Below are positions 45,939 to 58,926 of a DNA stretch of 64,000 bases, one piece after another. The notes beneath the pieces are model-generated. The model had not been told where the DNA came from, did no database searches, and worked only from the letters and a program-made list of their open reading frames with translations. The DNA is from Polyangiaceae bacterium (GTDB taxonomy: Bacteria > Myxococcota_A > Polyangia > Polyangiales > Polyangiaceae). The position numbers and the translations under genes are program-made. Every line of letters begins with the position of its first letter. Positions within the stretch are counted from its first letter, which is position 1. The stretch lies in the NCBI GenBank assembly GCA_036501935.1, contig DASXZL010000050.1:6620-70619 (forward strand). The letters run 5' to 3'.

Positions 45939-46739
45939 ATGAGACCAATCGCCTGCACCTTCGCCCTGCTCTTCGCGGTCGCCTCCTGCGGCGGCGCCAA
46001 GAAGAGCGCCGACTCCCCCACGAACGCCGACGACACGGCGGGCGACGGCGGCGCGACGGCCGAGACGCCGCCGGCGGACGACTCGACGCCCACCTCGAGC
46101 ACCCCCGCTCCGGGCGACGACAAGTCGAAGAAGGCGACCCCGTGCGGCGGGTTCGAGATCCCCGACCTCTTGTCGGTGCTCTCGCAGGCCGCGTGCGAGG
46201 TGCAGAACCCGAACACGAGCGACCAGCCGGACCTGAAGGACAAGCTGGAGATCAAGGTCGTGCCGGATTCGCCGCGCATCGCGCCCGGCTCGACCGCCAG
46301 CATCACGATCACCTTCAAGAACAAGAGCAAGGGCGACCTGCCGCTCAACTTCGTCGTCGATCCGGAGCCGCGCTTCGACTTCGCCGTGTTCACGATGAAG
46401 GGCTCGCGCGTGGACTCGCCGAAGGGCAACGCGCCGCCGCTGCCGCCGGAGGTCGCCAACGCCACCGTCCCGGAGGCGAAGGTGGCGCGCGTCACGCTGG
46501 CGACGCAGGGCACCGCCAAGTTGACCCTCAAGTGGAACGCCGTGAAGTACAAGTGGGCCTCGAAGGAGCGCGCGAAGGGCGCCCTGCCCGGTCAGGGCTA
46601 TCCGCGCGAGCCGGCCGGACCGCTCCCGAAGGGGACGTACATCCTGCGGGCCATCACGCCGCTCACGAACGTCTTCGAGGGCGTCGACCACGACGCGAGC
46701 CAGCCCCGCGTGCAGATCACCGTCGCCCCCATGCCGTGA
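45939..46739 (+). CDS. Hypothetical lipoprotein
   Basis: Lipobox LLFAVASC and an acidic/Pro/Thr linker. A beta-sandwich-like domain follows (SITITFKNKSKGDLPLNFVV). Confidence 0.55.
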   Translation: MRPIACTFALLFAVASCGGAKKSADSPTNADDTAGDGGATAETPPADDSTPTSSTPAPGDDKSKKATPCGGFEIPDLLSVLSQAACEVQNPNTSDQPDLKDKLEIKVVPDSPRIAPGSTASITITFKNKSKGDLPLNFVVDPEPRFDFAVFTMKGSRVDSPKGNAPPLPPEVANATVPEAKVARVTLATQGTAKLTLKWNAVKYKWASKERAKGALPGQGYPREPAGPLPKGTYILRAITPLTNVFEGVDHDASQPRVQITVAPMP

Positions 46740-46743
46740 GGCC

Positions 46744-47682
46744 GTGACGTTTCGCGCGCTCTTCTTCGGCTCGCCCGCCTTCGCCGTCCCTTCGCTCGAC
46801 GCGCTGCACGGCCTCGCCGAGGTGGTGGGCGTCGTGTGCCAGCCCGACAAGCCGGCGGGGCGCGGCCTCACGCTGACGCCGCCGGCCGTGAAGGTGCGCG
46901 CGACCGAGCTCGGTCTGCCGGTGGTGCAGCCGACGAAGCTTCGAACCGGCGAGGTCGGCGCGTGGGTGCGGGCGCAGGGCGTCGACGTCGCGCTCGTCGT
47001 CGCGTACGGGAGGATCCTGCCGAAGGACGTGCTCGAGGGCCCGCGCCTCGGCTGCGTCAACGTGCACGCGTCGCTGCTGCCGAAGTACCGCGGGGCGGCG
47101 CCCATCACCTGGGCCGTCGTCCACGGCGAGGCCGAGACGGGGGTGACGCTGATGAAGCTCGACGAGGGGATGGACACGGGGCCCACGTTCGCGCGCGTCG
47201 CGACGCCCATCGGTCCGGAGGAGACGGCGGGCGAGCTCTCCGAGCGCCTGGCCCGCATCGGAGCCGAGGCCGTGACGCGATGGCTGCCTTCGTACGTCGC
47301 CGGCCAGTGCCCACTCGAGCCGCAGGACGGCGCGCGCGCGACGACGGCGCCGATGCTGGAGAAGGACCACGGCCGCATCGCGTGGAGCCGGACCGCGCGA
47401 GAGGTGCACGACCACGTGCGGGGCATGAGCCCGTGGCCCGGGGCGTTCACCACGGCGCGCGGCAAGACGCTGAAGGTGCGCGCGACCCGCGTCGTGAAGG
47501 GCACGGCCACCGGGACGACTCCGGGGCAGGTGGTCGTGGCCGACAAGTCACGCGTGCTCGTGGCGTGCGGCGAGGCCTGCGTGGAGCTCGCGACGGTGCA
47601 GCCCGAGGGCAAGCGCGCCATCACGGGCGCGGAGTGGGTGATGGGACGCGGCGTGGCCGAGGGCGACGTGCTCGGCTCCTAG
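46744..47682 (+). CDS. fmt: Methionyl-tRNA formyltransferase
   Basis: FFGSPAFAVPSL, VVCQPDKPAGRG, the catalytic block NVHASLLPKYRGAAPI, and MKLDEGMDTGP. Confidence 0.9.
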   Translation: MTFRALFFGSPAFAVPSLDALHGLAEVVGVVCQPDKPAGRGLTLTPPAVKVRATELGLPVVQPTKLRTGEVGAWVRAQGVDVALVVAYGRILPKDVLEGPRLGCVNVHASLLPKYRGAAPITWAVVHGEAETGVTLMKLDEGMDTGPTFARVATPIGPEETAGELSERLARIGAEAVTRWLPSYVAGQCPLEPQDGARATTAPMLEKDHGRIAWSRTAREVHDHVRGMSPWPGAFTTARGKTLKVRATRVVKGTATGTTPGQVVVADKSRVLVACGEACVELATVQPEGKRAITGAEWVMGRGVAEGDVLGS

Positions 47683-48296
47683 CCGAAGACGCCGAGGCAC
47701 TTGCCTCCGGGGGCGACCATCACGTTGCACCAGACGACGAGCGCGCCGCCCACGGTGACGAGCATCGCGAGGACGATGATGACGACGCGGGCGAGGCCGA
47801 AGAGCCTCCGGAGCTGGACGACCGCCTCCATCAGCCGCTCGATGTCCTGCCCCCTCGTGCGCACCATCGCCGACAGCGAGCGCCCGGCCGACACCATCCA
47901 CCACGCCATCACGCCGTAGACCGCGGCCACTGCGGCGGTGCCGATGCCGTTGGGCACGAAGCCCATGTAGGCCTCGCCGAGCGCGAAGACCACGGACAGC
48001 CCCGCGAAGAGGAGGGTGCAGACGCCGACGAAGCTGACCGACGCGGCGAGGGCGCGGAAGCTGTCCTTGTGGAGATCGGAGAACTCGTAGGGCTCGGAGG
48101 GCGGCTCGGGCGGCGCTTCGAGCCGAGGGGCGGCGCTCTTGGGGGCCACGGAGGACTTGGGGGCCACGGAGGACCGAAACTTACTCCGGCCCAGACCGAA
48201 TCGGGAAACCCGTTCGTACCAGAGGTTGTCTATGCTCAGCGGCCTGCGCCGTCGCAGGGTGTCGGGCGCGCGAAACTCGAGGAGGGAGCCGGCCAT
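47679..48296 (-). CDS. Hypothetical membrane protein (about 4 TM)
   Basis: ATG 48296 (MAGSLLEF) within track ORF 47679..49757. The hydrophobic C-terminal half contains an exact SVAPKS-SVAPKS duplication. Confidence 0.5.
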   Translation of the reverse strand: MAGSLLEFRAPDTLRRRRPLSIDNLWYERVSRFGLGRSKFRSSVAPKSSVAPKSAAPRLEAPPEPPSEPYEFSDLHKDSFRALAASVSFVGVCTLLFAGLSVVFALGEAYMGFVPNGIGTAAVAAVYGVMAWWMVSAGRSLSAMVRTRGQDIERLMEAVVQLRRLFGLARVVIIVLAMLVTVGGALVVWCNVMVAPGGKCLGVFG

Positions 48297-48389
48297 GCAG
48301 AGGGGAGTCGTGCGCGCGTGGGCCACGGCAGCGACTGCTAGGCGCTGCGGCTCGTGTAAGCCCCGTCCCGCGACGAGCGTTGGCACCGC

Positions 48390-49892
48390 ATGACCCGGCA
48401 CCTGCCCCTCGCCTTCCTCGCGGCTCTCCTCACCCTCGCGGTCGCCCAGCCGGCGCGCGCGTTCTGCGGCTTCTACGTGAGCGGGGCCGACACGCCGCTG
48501 ACCAACGACGCGACGCTCGTCGTGATGATGCGCGACGGCACGCGCACCGTGCTCTCGATGCGAAACACGTACACGGGACCGCCGCAGGACTTTGCGATGG
48601 TCGTCCCCGTCCCGGTGGTGCTCCACGAGGCGAACGTGAAGGTGCTCCCGCGGGACATCTTCGACAAGGTCGACCGACTGACCGCGCCGCGCCTCGTCGA
48701 GTACTGGGAGCAGGACCCGTGCCGGCCCGTGGTGCTCTACGAGAGTGCCCCCCCGATGGCCGCCGCGGCGATGGCGGACGCGCCCGAGGAGAAATCGGCG
48801 GCCGCGCACCACGTGAAGATCGAGGCCCGGTTCGCGGTGGGCGAGTACGACGTCGTCGTCCTCAGCGCGCAGGATTCGTCCGGGCTCGACGCGTGGCTGC
48901 ACGAGAACCGGTACCAGATCCCCGACGGCGCCGAGCCGTTCCTGCGCCCGTATGTGCAGATGGGGATGAAGTTCTTCGTCGCGAAGGTGAACGTCGCGAA
49001 GGTGAAGTTCGAGCGGGCGGGCGACGGCAAGGAGCACGCGGTCCTCTCGCCGCTGCGGTTTCACTACGACTCGGACGACTTCTTCCTGCCGGTGCGTCTC
49101 GGCCTCATCAACTCGGCCGGCAAGCAGGACCTCGTGACGGTCATCCTCGCGAAGGGGCAGCGCTACGAGGTCGCGAACTACGACAACGTCTCCATCCCGA
49201 CGAACCTCGAGGTCGCCGACGCGACGCGACGGCAGTTCGGGTCGTTCTACGCGTCGCTCTTCGATCGGGTCGTCGAGCGCCACCCCCGCGCGGTCGTCAC
49301 CGAGTACTCGTGGGACGCCGGCTCTTGCGACCCCTGCCCCATCCCTCCTCTCGAGGAGCAGGATCTGGCGACGCTGGGCGCCGACGTGCTCCCCTCGGGC
49401 GACGACGGGTCCGGCTTCGTCGTGACGCGTCTCCACGCGCGCTACGCGAAGGACACGCTGGGCGACGATCTCCACTTTCGCCCGGCCCCGCCCATCGTCG
49501 GCGGCCGTGAGGGCATGGAAGAGGGCGCGAAGCCCGACTCGACGAACAACTTCCAGGGACGCTACGTGATCCGCCACAAGTGGGCCGGCGCCGTGGCGTG
49601 TCCGAAGCCGCGCTTCGGCGAGTGGGGCGGCCCACCGGACGGCAACGAGCCGATGCCCGTCCCGGCGCTCGATCTGGCGTTCGCGCCGCGGGACGCCGAT
49701 CTCGGGGCTCTCGTGAAAAGTCCCCTGCCCGAGGGCCTCACGCTCTCGCAGGGACACCTCGTGCCGCCGCCGCGCATCCCGCCGAGCGGGGGTGGGTGCG
49801 CGGGATGCAACACGGCTCCGGGCGGCGGCGACGTCGCGGCGGCGAGCCTTCTGGCGCTGGCGTTCGTGGCGATGACCCGGAGGAAGCGATGA
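48390..49892 (+). CDS. DUF2330-like secreted protein with MYXO-CTERM-type tail (paralog 1)
   Basis: Signal peptide …LAVAQPARA followed by FCGFYVSGAD. The conserved N-terminal domain includes DFAMVVPVPVVL and APRLVEYWEQDPC. The C-terminus is GGGCAGC…AAASLLALAFVAMTRRKR. Confidence 0.7.
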   Translation: MTRHLPLAFLAALLTLAVAQPARAFCGFYVSGADTPLTNDATLVVMMRDGTRTVLSMRNTYTGPPQDFAMVVPVPVVLHEANVKVLPRDIFDKVDRLTAPRLVEYWEQDPCRPVVLYESAPPMAAAAMADAPEEKSAAAHHVKIEARFAVGEYDVVVLSAQDSSGLDAWLHENRYQIPDGAEPFLRPYVQMGMKFFVAKVNVAKVKFERAGDGKEHAVLSPLRFHYDSDDFFLPVRLGLINSAGKQDLVTVILAKGQRYEVANYDNVSIPTNLEVADATRRQFGSFYASLFDRVVERHPRAVVTEYSWDAGSCDPCPIPPLEEQDLATLGADVLPSGDDGSGFVVTRLHARYAKDTLGDDLHFRPAPPIVGGREGMEEGAKPDSTNNFQGRYVIRHKWAGAVACPKPRFGEWGGPPDGNEPMPVPALDLAFAPRDADLGALVKSPLPEGLTLSQGHLVPPPRIPPSGGGCAGCNTAPGGGDVAAASLLALAFVAMTRRKR

Positions 49893-51607
49893 CGATGCGA
49901 TGGTCGGCGGCGGTGCTGGGTGCGGTCGTGGCGGTGATCCCTCTCGCCGCGACGCGAGACGCTGGGGCCTTCTGCGGCTTCTACGTGAGCGGCGCGGACG
50001 CGAAGCTCACGAACGACGCGACGCAGGTGGTGCTGATGCGCGACGGCACGCGCACGGTGCTCTCGATGCAGAACAGCTACCAGGGGCCGCCGGAGGACTT
50101 CGCGATGGTCGTCCCCGTCCCGGTCGTCCTCCAGAAGGAGAACGTGAAGACGCTGGCCAAGGGCGTGTTCGACCGGATCGACTCGCTCACGGCGCCGCGC
50201 CTCGTGGAGTACTGGGAGCAGGACCCATGCCCGAGGCCGATGGAGGCCATGAAGGAAGCCTCCGGCGCGGGGGGCCTCACCTTCCGGGGCGCGCCGCCCG
50301 CGGGCATGCCCGCCGCTCCGCCTCCCCTCGTGAAGATCGAAGCGCAGTTCAGCGTGGGCGAGTACGACATCGTCGTCCTCAGCGCGACCGACGCAACCGC
50401 GCTCGACACTTGGCTCCGTCAGAACAGCTACAAGATCCCCGCCGGGGCCGAGCCCTACCTGCGCCCCTATGTCCAGATGGGGATGAAGTTCTTCGTCGCC
50501 AAGGTGAACGTGGCAAAGGTGAAGTTCGAGCGCATCGGCACGGGTCCCGAGCACGCCGTCCTTTCGCCGATCCGGTTTCACTACGACTCGGACGCCTTCA
50601 ACCTCCCCATCCGCCTCGGGCTCATCAACTCGGCGGGCACGCAGGACCTCGTCGTGACCATCCTCGCGCGAAACCAGCGCTACGAGGTCGCCAACTACGA
50701 CAACGTCGCCATCCCCACCAACATCGACGTGTCCGACGCGACCCGCAAAGAGTTCGGCGCCTTCTACACGACGCTCTTCGACGAGACGATGGCCAAGCAC
50801 CCCCGCGCCGTCGTCACCGAGTACTCGTGGCAGACGACCTCGTGTGACCCGTGTCCCACGCCGCCCCTCCAGCCGGCGGAGCTCGTCACGCTCGGGGCCG
50901 ACGTGCTGCCGTCGGTGGCCGGTCCGGCGCCCGTCGGCGGCGGCGCGCCCATCGTCGCCCCACCCGTGCGGCCAGGGTCGCTCAACGACTTCGTCGTGAC
51001 GCGCCTCCACGCGCGCTACTCGAAGGACGCGCTCGGCGACGATCTCTTCTTCCGGGCCGCCCCTCCCATCGTCGGGGGACGCGAGTTCGTGCAGACCGCC
51101 GGAAGGCTCGAGCAGGGCGCGCGCTCGGACTCGGCCAACAACTTCCAGGCGCGCTACGTCATCCGCCACCCGTGGACGGGTCCCATCGCATGCCGCCATC
51201 CGCAACGCGGCATGTGGGGAGGGCCGCCCGGCGGGGCCGAGCCCAGCGTGAAACCGGCGACCCGGATCGGGTTCGTGCCGCGAGGGGCCGCCGTCACCTT
51301 GCAGAGCTTCGTGCGTGGCGCCCTCCCGCCGGAGAGCTTTCTGTCGAGCGGCGGAGCCACACCCGTCCTCTTCTTCCCCGCGACGACCGCGGCGCTCGTC
51401 GATGCGGGTCCTTCGCCGGCTCCCGTGGAGGACGCGAGCCCGCCTCCGTCGACCGAGACGGTCGTGCAACCGCTGCCGCCGACGGCTCCTCCACAGGGCG
51501 GTTGCGCCGGCTGCACCGTGGGCACGACGGACGCGAGCAGCGCCGGGGCCATCGCCGCGCTCCTCGGCATCGCCGTCGCGCGCCTCCGCAGGAAGAAGCG
51601 GGGCTGA
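49889..51607 (+). CDS. DUF2330-like secreted protein with MYXO-CTERM-type tail (paralog 2)
   Basis: ATG 49889 overlaps the upstream stop as ATGA. The signal peptide is followed by AFCGFYVSGAD. It is closely similar to paralog 1 through the first approximately 450 aa. The C-terminus is QGGCAGC…IAALLGIAVARLRRKKRG. Confidence 0.7.
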   Translation: MTMRWSAAVLGAVVAVIPLAATRDAGAFCGFYVSGADAKLTNDATQVVLMRDGTRTVLSMQNSYQGPPEDFAMVVPVPVVLQKENVKTLAKGVFDRIDSLTAPRLVEYWEQDPCPRPMEAMKEASGAGGLTFRGAPPAGMPAAPPPLVKIEAQFSVGEYDIVVLSATDATALDTWLRQNSYKIPAGAEPYLRPYVQMGMKFFVAKVNVAKVKFERIGTGPEHAVLSPIRFHYDSDAFNLPIRLGLINSAGTQDLVVTILARNQRYEVANYDNVAIPTNIDVSDATRKEFGAFYTTLFDETMAKHPRAVVTEYSWQTTSCDPCPTPPLQPAELVTLGADVLPSVAGPAPVGGGAPIVAPPVRPGSLNDFVVTRLHARYSKDALGDDLFFRAAPPIVGGREFVQTAGRLEQGARSDSANNFQARYVIRHPWTGPIACRHPQRGMWGGPPGGAEPSVKPATRIGFVPRGAAVTLQSFVRGALPPESFLSSGGATPVLFFPATTAALVDAGPSPAPVEDASPPPSTETVVQPLPPTAPPQGGCAGCTVGTTDASSAGAIAALLGIAVARLRRKKRG

Positions 51608-51610
51608 GCC

Positions 51611-53818
51611 GTGCGGGGATCGGTCAACGCGCTCGCCACGCTCGTGGCGACCACCGCGCTCGCGCTCGCCTGCTCGGGCGCTCCGACGAGCACGCCCGCG
51701 ACGACCCTCCCCACCCCGGTCGCCATCCCCGCGGCCACGCCCACCGCGCTCCTGCCCCGCCCCTCCCCGCCGCTCGCCCCCGCGGAGACCGAGCTCGCGG
51801 GCGCCCTCACGGGCGACACCGTGACGGAGACCGAGAGCTGCGCCGGCTGCCACGCGGACGCGGCCGCGCAATGGCGGTCGAGCGCGCACGCCTTCGGCTC
51901 GTTCAACAACCCCATCTACCGCGTCGTCGTCGACCGCTTCCGCGCGGACGTCGGCAAGGACGCGAGCCGGTTCTGCGGCGGATGCCACGACGTGGCGCTG
52001 CTGGTCGACGGCGCGATGAGCAAGGACGTGGCGCCGACCGATCCGCGCGGGCACGGCGGCATCACGTGCCGGGTCTGCCATGGCGTCGAGAGCACGCGGC
52101 CCGACGGCAACGGGAGCTACCTCCTGGCGTCGTCGCCCATCCCCATCCCGCGCGACGGGGACGACGAGAGCCTGCGCGCGCACAAGGCCCGCATGGCGAT
52201 GCCGCCGCTGCGGACCGCCGAGATGTGCGGCTCGTGCCACCGCTCGTTCCTGTCGCCCGAGACGGGGAACCCGTCGCACCTGGTGGGTCAGGACGAGCTC
52301 GGAGCCTGGCAGCGATCGGCGTACGCGGGCAGTCTGGCGGCGCGGATCGACGAGCCGGTCCAGGCGGCGGAGTGCCGCACGTGCCACATGCCGCTCGAGG
52401 CCGCGACCAAGGGGGACGCGGCGGCCAAGGACGGCAAGATCCGCTCGCACCGGTTCGCGGGCGCGAACACCTGGCTCGCGGCGATGCGCGGCGACGAGGC
52501 GCAGCTCGGCGCGGTGCAGGCGATGCTCCGGGGCGCCGCGAGCATCGACGTCGCCGTGGCGACGGCGGCCGACTGGACGCGAACGTTGCCGGCCGACGGG
52601 GCGCCCGTCGTCCCCGGTCAGGCCTTGACGCTCGACGTCGTCGTGCGAAACGAGCGGACGGGCCATCGCTTCCCCGGGGGAGTGCTCGACGCGCAGGACA
52701 CGTGGGTGGAGCTCGAGGTCCACGATGCTCGCGGCCGGCGGCTCGCCGAGGCGGGAACGGCGCAGCAGGCGACGGGCACCGACGAGACGGCCCACCGGCT
52801 GCGCGCGGTGCAGGCAGACGAGCACGGCACGCCTTTGCTGCTCCGGGAGACCCAGCGCTTCCGCGCCCCGGTCTTCAACCACACGATCGCGCCGCGCGAC
52901 GCGGAGGTCGTCCGCTTCCGGTTCGACGTTCCGGCGACGCTGGCGTCGAGCCAGCTGCCTCTGCGCGTCACGGCCCGGCTCCGGCATCGAAGCCGGGATC
53001 TGGCCCTCGCACGCGCGGCCTGCGCCGATGCGAGGACGAGCCGGGGCGCGTCCTTTGCGCGGGAGGTCGCCCGGCGGACCGGTGGCCCGATGGACCCCTG
53101 CGTGACCGAGCCGGTGACCGAGATCGCCGCGAGCGAGGTGGAGCTCGGATCGGGGGCGGCGGAGCACCGGAGCCCCATGCCGGCCTGGCGGCGTCTCTAC
53201 GATCACGGGCTCGGCATGCTTCACGCGCTGCAGGAGGACGTGGAGTCCGCGCGCCCGAGCCTGGAGCGCGCGCTCGAGGTCCTGCCGACGGGAGCGGATC
53301 GGGAGCGCGCGATGGTGCTCGATGCGCTGGCCGAGGTGTCGATTCGCGAAGGCAGGACGGACGAAGCCCTGCGACGGCTCGACGAGGCCGAGGCTCTCGT
53401 CCCGGCGCACCCGGCCATCCCGCACGCCCGCGGCGCCGCGCTCGGCAACGTGTGGCGCTGGAAGGAGGCGACCCTCCCTCTCCAGGAGGCGGCGCTGGCC
53501 TCCCCCCTCGACGACACCCTCTGGTCGCACCTCGCCGTCGCCTACGGCAGCGCCGACGAGCCGCATGCCGCGCTGGAGGCGACGACGCACGGGCTGGCCC
53601 TCACCCCGCGCGACGCCGACATGCTGCGTGTGCAGGCGCTGGCGCTGGAGCGGCTCGGTGCATCGGCCGAGGACGTGGCCCGCGCGCGGGACGCATTCGC
53701 GCGCTGGCGTCCCCCCGACGACGCGCCCGCCATCAAGAACGGCTGCTCCCGCCAGCTCCCCTGGTGCGCGCTCGAGCGGCTCCCGGTGCACGTGCATCCC
53801 ATGCGCACCACCCCCTGA
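51611..53818 (+). CDS. Multihaem c-type cytochrome lipoprotein (five CXXCH) with C-terminal TPR-like region
   Basis: GTG start 3 nt after the upstream stop. Lipobox LALACSG. Five CXXCH motifs read directly: CAGCH, CGGCH, CRVCH, CGSCH and CRTCH. The C-terminal approximately 200 aa are Ala/Leu/Glu helical repeats. Confidence 0.8.
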   Translation: MRGSVNALATLVATTALALACSGAPTSTPATTLPTPVAIPAATPTALLPRPSPPLAPAETELAGALTGDTVTETESCAGCHADAAAQWRSSAHAFGSFNNPIYRVVVDRFRADVGKDASRFCGGCHDVALLVDGAMSKDVAPTDPRGHGGITCRVCHGVESTRPDGNGSYLLASSPIPIPRDGDDESLRAHKARMAMPPLRTAEMCGSCHRSFLSPETGNPSHLVGQDELGAWQRSAYAGSLAARIDEPVQAAECRTCHMPLEAATKGDAAAKDGKIRSHRFAGANTWLAAMRGDEAQLGAVQAMLRGAASIDVAVATAADWTRTLPADGAPVVPGQALTLDVVVRNERTGHRFPGGVLDAQDTWVELEVHDARGRRLAEAGTAQQATGTDETAHRLRAVQADEHGTPLLLRETQRFRAPVFNHTIAPRDAEVVRFRFDVPATLASSQLPLRVTARLRHRSRDLALARAACADARTSRGASFAREVARRTGGPMDPCVTEPVTEIAASEVELGSGAAEHRSPMPAWRRLYDHGLGMLHALQEDVESARPSLERALEVLPTGADRERAMVLDALAEVSIREGRTDEALRRLDEAEALVPAHPAIPHARGAALGNVWRWKEATLPLQEAALASPLDDTLWSHLAVAYGSADEPHAALEATTHGLALTPRDADMLRVQALALERLGASAEDVARARDAFARWRPPDDAPAIKNGCSRQLPWCALERLPVHVHPMRTTP

Positions 53819-53875
53819 GCCGCGCCGCCTGACGCGGGTGGCGAGCGCCGGCACCTGACCTACGCTGGATCGCTC

Positions 53876-58353
<4,478 letters not shown>

Positions 58354-58357
<4 letters not shown>

Positions 58358-58905
58358 CGACTCTCCGCCACGAAGAGCTGCTCGACGACATCCAGCGCGA
58401 GTTTCCCTCCTTCGCCGTCGTCCCGAAGAAGGGCGACCCGCTCCAGCGCGCCATCGCGCTGCTGCTCGCCGTCGTCACCCTCGGCGGACAGCGGCATTAC
58501 CTCACGCGCTACCACACCGTCCTCTTCGGCAAGCTGTACGTTCCGGATGCCTGGCAGCGAATGGACGACGCCGCGCGGTACATTCTCCTCCGGCACGAGC
58601 GCGTCCATCTCCAGCAGCGGCGCCGGATGGGCGACTGGGTGATGGCGTTCGTCTACCTCGTCCCGTTCTTTCCCCTGTTCCTGGCCTGGGGACGGGCCCG
58701 CATCGAGTGGGAGGCGTACATCGAGACCATCCGCGCCACGGCGGAGGTGCACGGCCTCGACGCGGCGCGCGCGCTGGAGGACGACATCGTGCGGCGCTAC
58801 GTGGGCCCCGACTACGGCTGGATGTGGCCTTTCCCGGGCACCGTTCGTGCCTGGTTCCGCGAAGTCATGGCCGATCTCGAAGCCGAGGCCGTCTCTCCCG
58901 ACTGA
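58354..58905 (+). CDS. Hypothetical protein with HExxH motif and hydrophobic hairpin
   Basis: ATG 58354 overlaps the lhr stop as ATGA. The motif HERVH lies in LLRHERVHLQQ. A hydrophobic stretch follows (WVMAFVYLVPFFPLFLAW). Confidence 0.5.
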
Positions 58906-58926
58906 GTTGTGGTAAGCCCTTCCTCG

